This document shows, piece after piece, positions 34,225 through 48,065 of a DNA stretch of 64,000 nt. The stretch lies in NCBI RefSeq assembly GCF_964194155.1, contig NW_027596135.1:124001-188000 (forward strand). Direction: 5' to 3'. The notes beneath the pieces are model-generated. The model was not told the origin of the DNA and ran no database searches. It worked only from the letters and a program-made list of their open reading frames with translations. The translations under genes were made by a program, and so were the position numbers. Source of the stretch: Cetorhinus maximus (Eukaryota). Within the stretch, counting starts at the first letter, position 1; each line of letters starts with the position of its first letter.

Positions 34225-35070
34225 TCAGAACAGTAGAGAAGCTGGAATAAGACTGTTTGACTCTTTGGGCCTGCTCTGCCATTCAGTGAAATCATGGCTG
34301 ATCAACCTCAACTCCACTTTTTCCCACCCCATCCCTCGCTTCCCCCGAGTGCCCAAAAACCTAGCGCTCCCAGCCTTGGATGTACTCTTCAACCGGGATA
34401 GGGATAGACAGATTTTTGGTGTTTCAGGGAATCCAGGGATACGGGGTGTGGGCGGGAAAGTGGAGTTGAAGCCCAAGATCAGCCATAAGTAGATTGAATG
34501 GGGAGCAGGCTCGACAGGATGGATGGTCTACTCCTCCTGTTTCTTGTGTCCTTATGAACCAGTCTGCTGAATTTTCCTTACATGCCCTGTCTGGCAGATA
34601 TATTCTTAAGTAAGGAGAGCGAACCTGTACACAGCACTCCAGGTGTGGCCTCAAAACCCTACACAATTGGAATAAGACTTTCCCTACTCTTATATTCTAA
34701 TCCTCTTGCAATAAAAGCTATGCCCACCTGATGGGTTGCTCTGCTGCATGTTAACTTGCCCTGATTCATGTGCAAGGACACCCAAATCCTCCTCTGAATG
34801 TCAGCATTTACACGTCTCTAACTTTTTGTTGGTTTTTTTGGGAGGGGGTGTGACTTTTTTTCTATTATTCTTACCAACTTCGGTAATTTCAGACGTCTCC
34901 ACGTTGTATTCTTCCACCTCGTCCGCTCCCCTAACTTGCCTAAATCCCTTTGCACCCTCTCCCAGTTTACTTTCCCACCTGACTTTGTCTAGTCAACAAA
35001 CTTGAATGCATCACATTCCGTTCCCTCAGCTAAGCTATTGATCTGGATTGTAAATAGCTGATGCCCAAGC
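34225..35070. mobile_element. CR1 cluster: back-to-back 3' tails (34225-34557) plus a minus-strand ORF2 relic
   Basis: Mirror-image tail motifs, and RVLRPHLECCVQVRSPYLR on the minus strand. Confidence 0.8.
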
Positions 35071-35229
35071 ACTGATCCTTGCACCCTGCGAACTTGAAAC
35101 CCCCGACACCTACTGTCCCTTCCAGTGATTCCTGTATTTTGTGTTCTTGTTGCCAATAAGTTTCTAGCAACTTGCTAAGCAACACCTCAGGAGATTGACC
35201 ATCCCGTCGCAGAGATTGTTCGCTTGTTA

Positions 35230-35560
35230 GAGGTAGATAGGGAGAAACTGTTGCCATTGGCGGAAGGTTTGAGAACCAGAGGGACACAGATTTAAGGGTC
35301 TTGGCAAAAGAAGCGACAGAGATGTGAGGAGAAACTTTTTCACGCAGTGACTAGTTAGGATCCGGAGCACGCTGCCTGAGAGTGTGGTGGGGGCTGGGTC
35401 GATCGAGGCTTTCGAGAAGGATTGTTATCTGAACAGGAAGAACGTGCAGGGTTACGGGATGAAGGTGGGGGAATGGCACTGGGTGAATTGCTCACTTGGA
35501 GAGCCGGCACAGATATGATGGGCTGAATGGCCTTCTGCGCTCTGACAGTTCTGATTCTAT
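35230..35560 (+). mobile_element. CR1 3' fragment (second tail type)
   Basis: gagaaactttttcacgcag...gggctgaatggccttct. Confidence 0.8.
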
Positions 35561-37879
35561 TTGAATTTAGTTGTATGCTGGTTAGAATGAGGTGAGCAGA
35601 GTGAATTGGATTAACATCAGAAATGCCTTGGGTTAATACTTGTAGTTCAGAACGATTTGATTAATGAGGCTTGCTAGTGTGCCTGAGCTGGTAACCCCAA
35701 TGCTGGCACAGCTGATGAAATCCAAAATTTCCTGTGGTTCAGGGTGGGGTGAGGGGCAGTTGAGGTAAACATCAAAAGAGTATTGATCATTTAGCCAGTT
35801 TTCAAAAATCTTCTCTGTGATGAGACACTTGGGTGTCAGATGTTCTTCTCTTCTGCATAATTGATGCTGTATTTAGCGCCCTAACCTGCTTAACCGTTGC
35901 TCACCTTCCCCACTTTTCCACTTATCACCTACTTCTGGCTGTCAGCAACAATAACAGTGTGCATTTAAAGAGCGCCTTTAATGAAATGAAATGCCCCAAG
36001 GTGCTTCACAGGAGCATCGGCAAATAAAATTTAGACACCGAGCTACGAGATATTGGGACAGGTGGCCAAAAGGGATCAGTTTTAAGCGGTGGAGAGGTTG
36101 AGGGCGGGAATTCCCGACGTGCCCAGGCAACTAAATGCATGACCACCAGTGCTGGGGCCAGAGTTGGAGGAGCGCAAAAATCTCGGAGGTTAGAGATGGG
36201 GAGGGACGAGGCCATGAAGGGAATCTGAAAAATCTGCTGCCCTTACCTGGTTCGGCCTGTAAGAGACTCCAGGCCCACACCGATGTTGGCCGTCTCTAAC
36301 GTGACCAACCAAACTACTGGGTTCCATCAGAAGCACAGCAGATGAAGACCACACAGAGGGCATTGGCTCAAGAAGGTTCTCCCAGCCACCAATCTGGGGG
36401 CTGGGATAATAAATGCCCTCCTTGCCACCTGTGCCCATGTTCCAAGGATGGATTTAAAAAAAGGGCTACTTTGGATGTGCTTGTAAGGATTGTGCCACTA
36501 GTAGTTCGTCACCAGTGGAAGCTACAATACTTCACATTGTGGGGAAGGCTGAAGGATTGAAAAAAAATTCTAGTCTCAGCATCTCTGCCATTTGGCAACT
36601 ACTGCACTGAGGGTTGGCATGACTTTTTTCTTCGTCTGTTGAAGGATGTCTGTGCTGAGAGTAGAATGTTTGACTTTGCATTTGTTACTGGTTTAACAGG
36701 GTGGAATGCAACCGCAGCTGTGTGGGGTGAGGTGCAGTGTCAGGCTCCCTTGGAGCCTCCACTGTCTCCGGCACAACACCTTGACCATTGCCTGCTACTG
36801 GATTAGTCCGCTTTATCCACCGAAGGTATCAAGGGGCAAACGTGGGTATACGGAGTTAGGCCGCAGATCGGCCCCGATCTCATTGAGGGGCTGAATGGCC
36901 TCTCCCCTGTTCCTATGCTTGCAGATCCCACCCCACTTATCCTCACCCTTGCTGTGCAGCTTGGTACTGAACGGTGGTCGGTATCCACTGGGATCTCGAT
37001 GGAGACAGGTCAAGCTCCCTTTCCTTCTAGCGGAACTGAGGGTGGGCCATGAGGGCAGAGGGCCTTTTCTGATGGTCTGGGCTATGTCCAGGGCAATTTT
37101 CTGAGCTTCAACCACTGTGTTCTAACCTCGTACATTCTTTGTTTCAACAACCCAATCTGGTTATCCTGTGTTGGGAGCTGCTCCCAGAACGTGAGCCTGT
37201 ACAAAATGGTGGACCTGTTCTCAAGCGTGGAGTGAAGCAATAACTTTGCTTTGTCTGCCCATGGTGACGTCTTCTGAGTAAAATATTTTCTTGGACCCCA
37301 TTACCTGAATGTCAGTGCAGGCAGAACTTTTTTGTGTTTCAATGTGCCAGCAAAGAGTAAGCTGTATAAAAGCAGCCGCTCTCGCTCTGCTCCGCAGAAC
37401 CTTTACGTTCACGTGCGCCTTGTGATGCTCCTGCACTCTTCCAACGAAAGCTACTATTGGCTAAGATTTGGTTTTTTTTTAAATATAGAAGTGGGAATTA
37501 TTGCTGGTTAACTTGCAGAGGTTGGGGCGAGTCAAACCCTGGATTTTGGAGGTAACGCGGTTGACTTGGAAAGGCTGGGGATGCGGGAGGAGGGGAGCGG
37601 TTTGCCAGGCCAGAGGGTTTTTTGAGGAAAGGAGCAATGTGCTCCTGGATCTGGGAAGACTCTTCCCACACGCTGCACCCAATAGTATGTATGCTTCTCA
37701 CTTCAGCCATCCAATCTCTATTTGACCATTATGACCTGTAAACATACCTTTCTTGAACTCCATGGCTTCTAAAACCCTTCCTGCCCCACTTCCTCTACCC
37801 TCTGTTAAAAACCCTCTGACTCCAACTCATTCTTAAGCTCTCAAAATAATGGAACTCTTTAACCTTCACACCGAGAGCA

Positions 37880-38416
37880 CTGTGTACAGTTTTTGCCTCC
37901 TTGTTTAAGGAAGGATAGACTCGTGTTGGAAGCAGTTCAGAGAAGGTTCACTCGGCTGATCCCTGGGATGACGGGGTTTGTGTTAGAGGAAAAGTTGAGC
38001 AGGTTGGGCCTATATTCATTGGAGTTTGAGAGGTGATCTTATTGAAACATATCAGATTCTGAGTGGGGGGGGGCTTGACAGGGTGGATGCTGAGAGGATG
38101 TTTCCCCCTTGGGGGGAATCTAGAACCAGGGGACACAGTTTCAGAATAAGGGATCTCCCATTGAAGCTGGAGATGAGGAATATTTTCTCTGAGGATTGTT
38201 AGCCTGTGGAATCCTCTTCCCAGAGAGCAGTGGAGGTTGGGTCATTAAATATATTCAAGGCTGAGTTAGACGGATTTTTGATTGACAAGGGAGTCGAAGG
38301 TTATGGGGGCAGACAGGAAAGTGGAGCTGGGGCCACAATCAGATCAGCTATGATCGTATTAAATGGGGGAGCAGGCTTGAGGGGCTGAATGGCCTACTCT
38401 TGTTTCTTATGTTCTC
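37880..38416 (+). mobile_element. CR1 3' fragment
   Basis: ttggaagcagttcagagaaggttcactcggctgat through to the tail. Confidence 0.9.
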
Positions 38417-39477
38417 ATAGCTTGTAAAAAGGGGAAGGGTAGGAGTACCCTTTGTAAAAAGGGTAGGGCAGGGGAACCATTTGCAGTAGCAGCTGGTATG
38501 GGATCCAGGAAGTGAGGTACCAGGGTAGGAGACTACTCAGCGGCAGTGCAAAGCTGAGAAGCTAGCAGGGTTGCACGGCCCGGAAGCTCAGACTGTAACA
38601 GCGGTGGGGTGGGGAGGGGTGGGACATGGCGTGGGCTGCATCAGCTTTCCTTAAACCTGAAGCGACTGAGTGGCAGAGCAGAGCTCTGGCTGTCGAGGCA
38701 CGGTGCAGGAAAGCAGCGCTGACCTGCTGGTAGAGGAGCACTCAAAAGGCAGTTTCAATCACATGCGATTGTTTGGCGAGTGGTAACTCCAGCTGTAGTG
38801 ATTTTTGCAGAAGATTAAATCGCCACCCCACTGTGCATCTCCATCTCAAACGTTTAGCAACCTCTGATCTTCAGTGCAAGTCTCGCTTGTGTTTGTCTCG
38901 GGGCTGTCACAAAACGAGCATTGCTAAAGGAATGAAAATAGTAAGAAATTCTGTCAACTACAAACATAGGAGCAGACCATTCAACCCATCGAGCCTGACA
39001 GATAATAGCTGATCTGTAGCTTGTCTCCGTTTACATGCCCTGGCTCCATAACACTTGCCAGCAGAAATCTGATCAAATCTTTGTGATATTTTCAATATCC
39101 CCACTAGCCGCAGGAGCTCTTCCGAGCCCCATATTTCCTCTTCCCCTTTTTGTGAAGAGGTGCTTCCCGATAGCAGCCCTGAGCAAGGTTGATATTTTGG
39201 GTTGTAAGAGTTGCATGAGTGTCTCTGCAAAAGTAAAAGGTTGTATTTGTCCTCCCCCGTGCCCACGTGTGAAGCACCCTCGGGCCTCTCTGTCAGTGTA
39301 GGCTGCTAGACAAGTGAGTGCCCCCATCATTTATCTTCGCACAATAGTTGTGGAATTTAATACTGGGCTTCCCAAGCCTGAGTACACTTAAGGGCCATGT
39401 GCGAGTGCAGCTGCCCCCCCCATCTCAGTTGAAACACTAAAACCATCGTGGAACTGTTGAAGCTCCTGGACCACTTG

Positions 39478-40440
39478 AAGAGGAGGAGGCCACCCAGCCC
39501 CTCTAGCCCATCCCGCCATTCAATTCGATCATGGCTGACCTGTGACCTAACTCCACGTACCTGCCTTTATGCCGTACCCCTTAACAAAAATGGGTCATTC
39601 CCAGATTTAAAGTTAACAGCTGATCTAGCATCAGTTGTTGAAGAGAGTTCCAAACTTCTGCCACCCTTTTGCACGTGGAAGTGTTTCCCCATCTTCACTC
39701 CTGAAAGGTCTGGCTCTAATTTTTCGATTATGCCTTCTAGCCCTAGACTCCCCAACCAGCGAAAAGAGGCCAGCCAGCTCATCGTGACTTGTGTCAGTCC
39801 TCTGCTCGCATGATCCAAACCTCATCCCGCCATCCTGTTCTCCCTCCCAGATTCTGATATCTTCTTCATCTCACTAAATCCAGCTTTCCTTTTGAAAGAT
39901 GCTGTACTATCTGCCTTGACCACTGTGCTTTCCGTGTTCCAATATTTCTAAGCAACTTTCTGTCAGTCTCCTCACTGACCATAAGACATAGGAGCAGAAA
40001 TTAGGCCATTTGGCCCATCGAGTCTGCTCCGCCATTCAATCATGGCTGATAAGTTTCTCGACCCCATTCTCCCGCCTTCTCCCTGTAACCTTTGATCCCC
40101 TTACCAACCAAGAACCTATGACACTATTAACGCTCCTTCCTCGCTGACTCCCCAACCAGGGTGACTGGTCTTTCCTACTCATTCACTTTTTTAAAAAAAA
40201 CTTCTCAAATTTCCCCCGGGCCGCCTTTTCTCTGATGGAAGTAGCCTCAGTATCACCGGCTTATAGATTTTTGATTGCCAAGGGAGTCAAAGGGAATGGG
40301 GTTTGGGGGAGGGGGGTGGTGGGGTGCGCAGACAGGAGAGTGGAGTCGAGGACACAGTCAGACCTAGTTATCTTATCAAACGGCGGAGCAGGCTTGAGGG
40401 GTCAAATAGCCTACTCCGGCTCCTAATTTGTATGTTTTAG
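39478..40440. mobile_element. Cluster of CR1 tails (minus 39478-39760, minus 39980-40120, plus 40260-40440)
   Basis: Tail motifs in both orientations. Confidence 0.75.
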
Positions 40441-40794
40441 TCTCCTGGTGGTGATAATTTGCCATACCTGACATCAAATCTGCATACTCTTTTCTCACTG
40501 TGGGATTTAATGTTCTTTCAGGAATGCGAATTAGGTTCCTCATTAAATTGGATCAGCCACTGTCTGCCCATTCCTCCAACAAACTCAAGCCCTTGTTTGC
40601 CAGCCTCACCCCCTCACTTCTATTTTAGCCTTGCCCTTCTAGATTGTGCCTTTTCCCTTGATCCGGACCATCTAGAGCTATTGAAGAGAATGGTTCCTGA
40701 CCTTGGTGGCCAGTATGAGGGGAGAGGGAGTTTCTATTTTGAGGATTTAAATGCAGTCGATACAAAGGAGGGAAGAGGGGAGGGGGGGGAGGGG

Positions 40795-41222
40795 TGCGCG
40801 GTAGCATAATGGTAATGTCGCTGGACCAATGCTATGGAGCCATGAGTTTAAATCCCATCACAACAACTGAATGGAATTTAAATTCAATGAATAAATCTGG
40901 AATAAAATGCTTGCCTCAGTAATAATGCTTGTAAAAACCCCATCTGGTTCACTGGTGCCCTTAAGGGAAGGAAATCTGCTGTCCTTGCCCGGTCTGGCCT
41001 ACACGTGGCTCCCGACCCACAGCAATACGGTTGACTGTTAACTGCCCTCTGAAATGGCCCGAGCAAGCCGCTTGGTTGTATCAAACCCCCAGAGGAAAAA
41101 GCACCGTGGGTGTAGCTACACCACTCGACTGCAGCGGTCCAAGAAGGTGGCTCAACACCACCTCACCCGAGGGCAATTGGGGATGGGCAGCAAATGTTGG
41201 GCTTGCCAGTGATGCACATGAG
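40795..41222 (+). mobile_element. tRNA-SINE family A with a longer family B LINE tail
   Basis: SINE core followed by gtgggtgtagctacaccactcgactgcagcggtccaagaagg. Confidence 0.75.
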
Positions 41223-42304
41223 GAAAAAGTTGGATGCTTTTTATTAGGCACCTGGTAGCTGGGTCTGGCATTTGGCTGCAGGTTGGTGAAATTTCTACCA
41301 ATGCACAGCAATTACTGATGGCGTTTCTATAGCAGCTTTCAACATTGTAAGCATGTCCCCCCAAGCCGCTCAGGAAGGTTTAAAAGCATGTCTTTCTTGT
41401 GGTCCGCATATTGCTGTTACCTTGGGGGGGTTTTGTGAATAATTCTCAACTCATGTATGAAATCCGTATGTAGCATCTTCAGGCAGGTTTGTTTAAACAT
41501 CTTGAGGAGAATGGCTTCTTCGCCAGTGTGAGAAGTCTTGTACCATGTGACTGAACATCAGAATTGTGGCCAGAATTTTAACATTGCCCTTGAACAGTAG
41601 TTTCATTGTGCATGTGTGGAGATGAAAAACCCTCCGACTTAAATATCCCCACCACCATAAACTACAGATTTGCCTCTCCTGCCCCCTCTTTCACCCCCGC
41701 TTGCCTGCCCTCCCCCTCTTTCCTCCCGCCCGCTCGCCCGCCCTCCCTCCCGCAGAAAGCATTATCCAATTGTAAGACTCCATCAGGTGCCGAAAACGTC
41801 TCTCTCGAGTGCCACCCATTTTAAAAAATCTCTCGTGGAGATGTTAGATTGTGGACTTTGGAATCGAACCAATTTTATCAGCCTTTTACTTTCTGTCACT
41901 TGATATGCATTGTGTTACCATTCAGAGCCACAGCTGGAGCGGTGTGATGGCTCTGTGTTGGGTGGGCTGGTGTGTGATTACTTTAGGGTTGCTTTATTAG
42001 ACTCTCAAGTTGGGCCAAAGTGCAGTCTCTGTTCCATAAATCTCTGTGAATGTAAGCACACCTCTCTCCCTTTCTGTCTCTTGTTTGATCGGATAGGATC
42101 TCACGCCCTCTTGGCGTCTCGGCCTCATTTTATTTTCTTGCTCTGGTTACTCTCCCACTTGTTCACGGTTCCCCCTTTGCCAGCTGGCTAAGGGTAGATG
42201 ATTCTGTTCTTGGTCTGTCGTAGTCTTGACTATGACCCTTATACAAAATTGGGGTTTGGAAGGGTATGACGCAGGCCTCTTCAGGTTTTACATTCAGTGA
42301 TGTT

Positions 42305-42800
42305 ACCATTGCCTGGATGAGTGCAGCTCCAGCAGCACTCCAGAAGCTTGACACCATCTAGGTCAAAGCAGCCCTGCTCAATTGGCACCACATCACCACC
42401 TTAAACATTCACTCCCTCCACCACCAACGCACAGTGTGTACCCTCTACAAGATGCACTGCAGCAAATCGCCAAGGATCCCTGGACAGACCCCTCCAAACC
42501 CACGACCTCTACTCCCTAGAAGGACAAGGTCAGCAGACACATGGGAACACCACCACCTGCAAGTTCCCCTCCGAGCCACTCACCATCCTGACTTGGAAAT
42601 ATATCGGCCGCTGCTTCACCGTCACTGGGTCAAAATCCTGGAACTCCCTCCCTAACAGCACTGTGGGTGTACCTACACCACATGGACTGCAGCAGTTCAA
42701 GAAGGCAGCTCACCACCACCTTCTCAAGGGTAATTAGGGATGGGCAATAAATGCTGGCCTAACCAGCAAAGCTCACACCCCGTGAAAGAATAAATAAATA
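42305..42800 (+). mobile_element. Family B LINE 3' fragment
   Basis: gcctggatgagtgcagctcc ... caagggtaattagggatgggcaataaatgctggcc with a (taaa)n end. Confidence 0.9.
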
Positions 42801-43384
42801 AGTGGCCGTTTATTTTCTGGGAATTTGTACGTTATGGCATTTCTCTTGGGTTTTGCCAGGATTTTCTTGCACTAAATCAATGTCACATGGTGGGCATGTT
42901 GTGTCTTCCCAGTTGAAGTCTAACAACTCTATGAAGGCTGGCTGCTTGAGACCTGGGCCATTTTAGTCTGCATTACCTCCCCGACATACTAGAAAACCCA
43001 TTCTCCTCCTGGTTCCTCACTCACTGGTGACTGCAAAGCATGCGGCCCAGATATTGTCTGGCTGTACAGGGAGTTTTTTCAGGACAGCGCAAGGTGAAAT
43101 GCCAACGCACAGGCCTGTGGCGTACTCATGGTTGGCTTTACAGCCATGGATGAAGGCAGAGCTTATTCTGGCAAGCCATTTAACATTGTGTATCCTGCTT
43201 AGGGAGAAGCAGGTAACTGGTGTGTTTTTGGCTTTTGTCTCTCTTGCCCACGCCCTCCCTCCCTCTTGCCATTTGAGATACCAAGGGAGATACCAGACTT
43301 TTCATGATTCTGCTTCACAACTAGATGGTGGGGTGTGCGTGTATGTGCAGGTTGCGAGAGAGTTTCCTGGCTTTTTTAATAGAG

Positions 43385-43928
43385 TATGAGAGCAAGGAGG
43401 TTATGTTGAATTTGTATAAGTCACTGGTTCGGCCTTAGCTGCAGTATCGAATCCAGTTCGGTCGCAGCACTTTAGGAAGGATGTGAAAGCGTTGGGAGAG
43501 AGTGTGGAAAAAGATTTGCAAGAATGGTTTCAGGGTTGAGGAACTCCAGTTATGAAGATAGATTGGAGAAGTTGGGACTGTTCTCCTTGGAGACGAGAAG
43601 GCTGAGAGATTTGATGGGAGAAACTGTTCCCATTATCAGAAGGATCGAGAACCAGAGAGGCACAGATTTAAGGCGATTGGCAAAAGAAGCAACGGAGACA
43701 TGAGAAACTTTTTCACGCAGCGAGTGGTTAGGATCTGGAACGTGCTGCCTGAGAGTGTGGAGGAGGCAAGGTCAGTTGAAGCATTCAACGGAGTTGGACT
43801 GTTGTCTGAAAAGGAAGAATGTGCAGGGTTACGGGGAGAAGGCAGGAGAATGGAACTAGGTGAGTTGTTCATTCGGAGAGCCGGTGCAGACACGATGGGC
43901 CAAATGGCCTCCTCCTGCACCATAACAT
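43385..43928 (+). mobile_element. CR1 3' fragment
   Basis: Encodes MRNFFTQRVVRIWNVLPESV. Confidence 0.9.
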
Positions 43929-44182
43929 TGTGCGAGAGAACGTGCGAACTAGATGTGACTCATCAGTTTGCATTGTGTGAAGTGGTCTGTCTCCTCTGCC
44001 CCAGATTTATAGCCCCACTGTTGGTGAACCAGTCCATGGACCTGCATGATCCTATATTGATTTGGTTATTTAAAAAATTCTTTTACGGGATGTACCACCA
44101 GAGAAAAACCAAATGATGGGACATCACACAGCAAGGTGCCATTTTCCCTGAAAGGGTGTATTGGAATTGGATGCTGCAAGTT

Positions 44183-44228
44183 ACACACATACACATATAA
44201 GTGCGCATGTACACGCACGCACATGCAC

Positions 44229-44259
<31 letters not shown>
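44183..44259. repeat. Alternating purine-pyrimidine tract (CA/CG/TA)n
   Basis: acacacatacacatat...gcgcatgtacacgcacgcacatgcacatatatat...acacac. Confidence 0.85.
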
Positions 44260-44521
44260 GGTGATCAATTGCTGCACATCAGGGATTTGTGTTTTGAAGC
44301 ACAGTACCTGACCTCTTGAACCCTGGCCATGTCAGGACAATGAGGGCTGTAACTGCTGAGCTGGACCCCACTATCAGCTGCTGTTTTCTCATGAGCATTT
44401 GGAGCATAATTGTCCGAGGTGAACCCTCCTCCTGTTGCTCGTCTGGGAATGTTGAGTCCAATGGTGATGCCCTACTGCCCTCCCAGTTGAATTCCATTAA
44501 CCTATGGTTCCTAGGGATGGG

Positions 44522-45085
44522 AGTACTGTGTTGCAGTTTTTGGCCTCCTTACTTAAGGAGGGATAGACTCGCATTGGAAGCCGTTCAGAGAAGTTTCACT
44601 CGGCTGATTCCTGGGATGAAGGGGTTTGTTTCTGGAAAGGTTGAGCCTCTACCCATTGGAGTTCAGAAGAACGAGAGGTGATCTTATTGAAACGTATCAG
44701 CTTCTGAGGGGGGGGCTCAACAGTGTGAATGCCTAGAGGATGTTTCCCCCTCGTGGGGGAATCTAGAGCGAGGGGGGTGGGTGCGCAGTTTCAGAATAAG
44801 GGGTCTCCCATTGTAGACAGTGATGAGGAGGAATTTCTTCTCTGAGGATCGTCAGCCTGTGGAATTCTCTCCCCCAGAGAGCAGTGGAGGCTGGGTCATC
44901 GAATATATTCGAGACTGAGTTTAACAGATTTCTGATCAACAAGGGAATCGAGGGTTATGGGGGGGTGGGGGAAGAGACGGGCAGGAAAGCAGAGTTGAGG
45001 CCACAATCAGATCAGCCACGATCTTATTGAATGGGGGAGCAGTCTCGAGGGGCCGAATGGTCTACTGCTGCTCCTATTTATTGTG
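44522..45085 (+). mobile_element. CR1 3' fragment
   Basis: Encodes FWPPYLRRDRLALEAVQRSFTRLIPGMKG, followed by the tail. Confidence 0.9.
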
Positions 45086-45821
45086 ATCTTGTGAACCCGG
45101 GATCTTCCTGGTCAGCCGGCTCAGTACCATACCATCTGAAACTTGTGGCACTTTTACAGTGGGTAACTGACTGTCAACCCCCCCCCCCCACCCCACCTGG
45201 GCACGATGGTGACTGTAGGGTAATGGCGAAGGCATTCGTGGCATTGCTAAACTGCTGCTCTCCTGCCACCACTGAAAGCTGACCAGGAATGTGACGGGCT
45301 TGCAATTGGGACCGGGCTGCAAGGTGACATGTTCAGTCATGGGAATGCCCAGTGAGCTCGGAGACCTCAGCACACCCTCTGCTACGAGCTGCTTTGCCAC
45401 TCTGCGCCCAGTAAAGGCCAGCACCGATAAAGCAGCGTACTTGTTTAATTCCAGCTATGCCCCTTTTGCCAGCCTGGTGCCCACAGGCTTTGTGACCTTT
45501 GTTTGGAGCTCTTGTTTTGCATTCGTTATCCTTTGCTTTTGTCTTTTGGACGCCGCGTCACTGTGCTGGCTGCCCTATCATTGGCTGCTGGGAAGGGCTG
45601 CAGCAGCAGTAGGCTCCCCCTCTTTCCCACTCCCAGAGAATTCTCCCTTGCTTCTATGGAGGGTGGTGTCCCCTCGCCCATTGCCAAGCAGCCTGCACCC
45701 TACCGGGATTATTAGAGTTGAGGCACTGCCCTGGAACGGACCCTCGTGAAAGCGAGAGAAAGGATAAAAGGTTGGCAAGTTGATCTGTATTTGCACTCCC
45801 TTCTATCCCTTACTGACATAT

Positions 45822-46175
45822 GAGGAGGTGGTGGCGTAGTGGCACTGTCACTGGACTAGTAATCCAGGCTAATGCTCTGGGGATCCGGGCTCGAATCCCA
45901 CCACGGCAGATGGTGAAATTTGAATTCAATAAAAATCTGGTTGGCGACCATGAAACCATGGCCGATTGTCGTAAAAACCCATCTGCTTCACTAATGGAAG
46001 GAAATCTGCTGTCCTTACCCGGCCTGGCCTACATGCGACTCCAGACCCACAGCAATGTGGTTGACTCTTAAATGCCCCCTGAAAGGGCACTCAGTTCTCA
46101 AGGGCAATTAGGGATGGGCAATAAATGCTGGCCTAGCCAGCGATGCCCACATCCCATGACCGAATTAAAATAAAA
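45822..46175 (+). mobile_element. tRNA-SINE family A
   Basis: A box gtggcgtagtgg, B box ggctcgaatcc, and LINE-derived tail. Confidence 0.9.
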
Positions 46176-46832
46176 CAGTCAGACTATGACATTTTCATGG
46201 TCTCTCTCAACTGTCTTTGATTAACTACTGCTGCTGACTAACTTGTATGGGACCTCCCCCCTCCTCCTAATAAACCAAATATCGTCCCAGTTGTGCTGGG
46301 GGTCAGAGAGGACAACGCTTGAGATCAGAAGGCACTGTGAGAATTTGGACGGAACCGGACATTGTAGCGCTAGTTTGAACGCCCACTCCGAATCTGTACT
46401 AATTGTATTATCAGCATCCCAGAAGCTCAGGCATAGGATTCCTCACACACTGAGGACCGTGCCTTCAGATGCCTAGGCCGTAAGTTCTAGATTTCCCTCT
46501 CTTGACCTCGCTGACCTTTAATCTGTGCTCTCTGGTTGAACGTCGGTCACCTGTTCTCGTTGCTGCTGCTTGTGTGGCTCGGCTTCATGCTGGGTTTGGC
46601 GCCCCTGTTTTGCTACCTTTTAAAGACGCTGTGTAAATCTGAATTGTTTAACATTGGCATCATGCCTGCAGTACAGGTGTTGCTGAACTGTGATCTGTAG
46701 CAGTTTGCTTTGTTGTTAAAATAAAGCGCGTGCTCGGTAGCCAGTGTGTGCCAGTACTTGACACGTGAAGTCCACAGACCCCGTCTCTTTTTTTAAAAAA
46801 TAAACAGCTGTTCCCGTCTCTCTTTTGTGCAG

Positions 46833-46900
46833 GAAAGGCGGGTCTGCAAACCGCGGAGCAGTTGTAGCAACCGGGCTACATGGACATGGGAAGAGGCCTG
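46833..46900 (+). other. Possible further HUWE1 5'UTR exon
   Basis: Strong acceptor cccgtctctcttttgtgcag in unique sequence. The donor CTG|gtagaa is weak, so the 3' boundary is uncertain. Confidence 0.3.
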
Positions 46901-47789
46901 GTAGAAAGTCACTAGTTGCCCTCCTTTGTAAAGAGTCACCGTTACATTTATAGCGTTTGAGTTTGTTTGTTTTCAGGGTTCTTGGCTGACTGTGGTTATC
47001 ATATATTATTGTGGGATTGGGGCACCATCGCAGCTAGAATGGGTTCTTAACATGTGGCCAGTCAGGTGTGGAAATGCACGTATAGTGCCTTGTGCCTCGG
47101 CACCACATCTACCTGGCGCAGGTGCGGATACACCCGTGAATTGTGAGCTCCTGACACGGTGAAGGTTCCAAGCTTTGCAAGTCGGATGTCAAACTGCTGC
47201 CTTTTAAGCCAGGGCCAGCTGATTGGAATCCTGAGACTGAGATTGTATTGGTTCCTTCTTTCTGATTTGCAACCATTGAGCTGCCCGGAGTGAAGTTTGC
47301 CGGGGAGTTTTGGTGGGACGGTGATGGCGACTGCTGTATCTTCGATTTGGAGGCGGGCAGTGGATTGTGGGCAGCGCAGTAGTCAAGCGGGGTTTTATTC
47401 TTGCAGTTGCAAAATGTGTACGTTAAAGCTCACACAGGTCATTCGTACTATTGCTGCAGTTGTATTTCCTCCTCTCTTGGGTAGGAATATAGTCCCACAA
47501 GTGCCCTTGGCACTCTAAGTGAGCATTCTTCGTGGGTGAGCTCAGGTCGCGAGTGTTAGCAGGGAATATAACCGTAGGGGATTGGGAGAACTGCAGCTAC
47601 ATCTTGGCTTTGCTTTAATGTCTACCTTTTACAAATGTCGAAGTCAGGAGCAGAAAGGCTCGGATAATTAAATCCGGATTATTCTTTTCCTCTGTGCAGT
47701 GGAATGCCACAGTGAGCAACTCAGCCACTGGGAGAACCTAATCTCTCTGCTCAAACTCTGCTGAACCAATATTCTGTATCAATTGCCCC

Positions 47790-48065
47790 TTATCTACAAG
47801 ATGCACTGCAGCAACTCGCCAAGGCTCCTTTGACAGCACCTTCCAAATCTGCGACCTCTACAGCCTAGAAGGACAAGGGCAGCGGGCGCATGGGAGTGCC
47901 GCCACCTGCAAGTTCCCCTCCGAGCCACTCACCATCCTGACTCGGCCGTTCCTACGCCACATGGACTGCAGCGGTTCAAGAAGGTGACTCAGCACCACCT
48001 TCTCAAGGGGCAAAGAGGGATGGGCGACAAATGCTGGACCCAGCCAGCGACGCACATCCCATGGA
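47790..48065 (+). mobile_element. Family B LINE 3' fragment
   Basis: tctacaagatgcactgcagcaactcgccaagg through to the tail. Confidence 0.85.
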
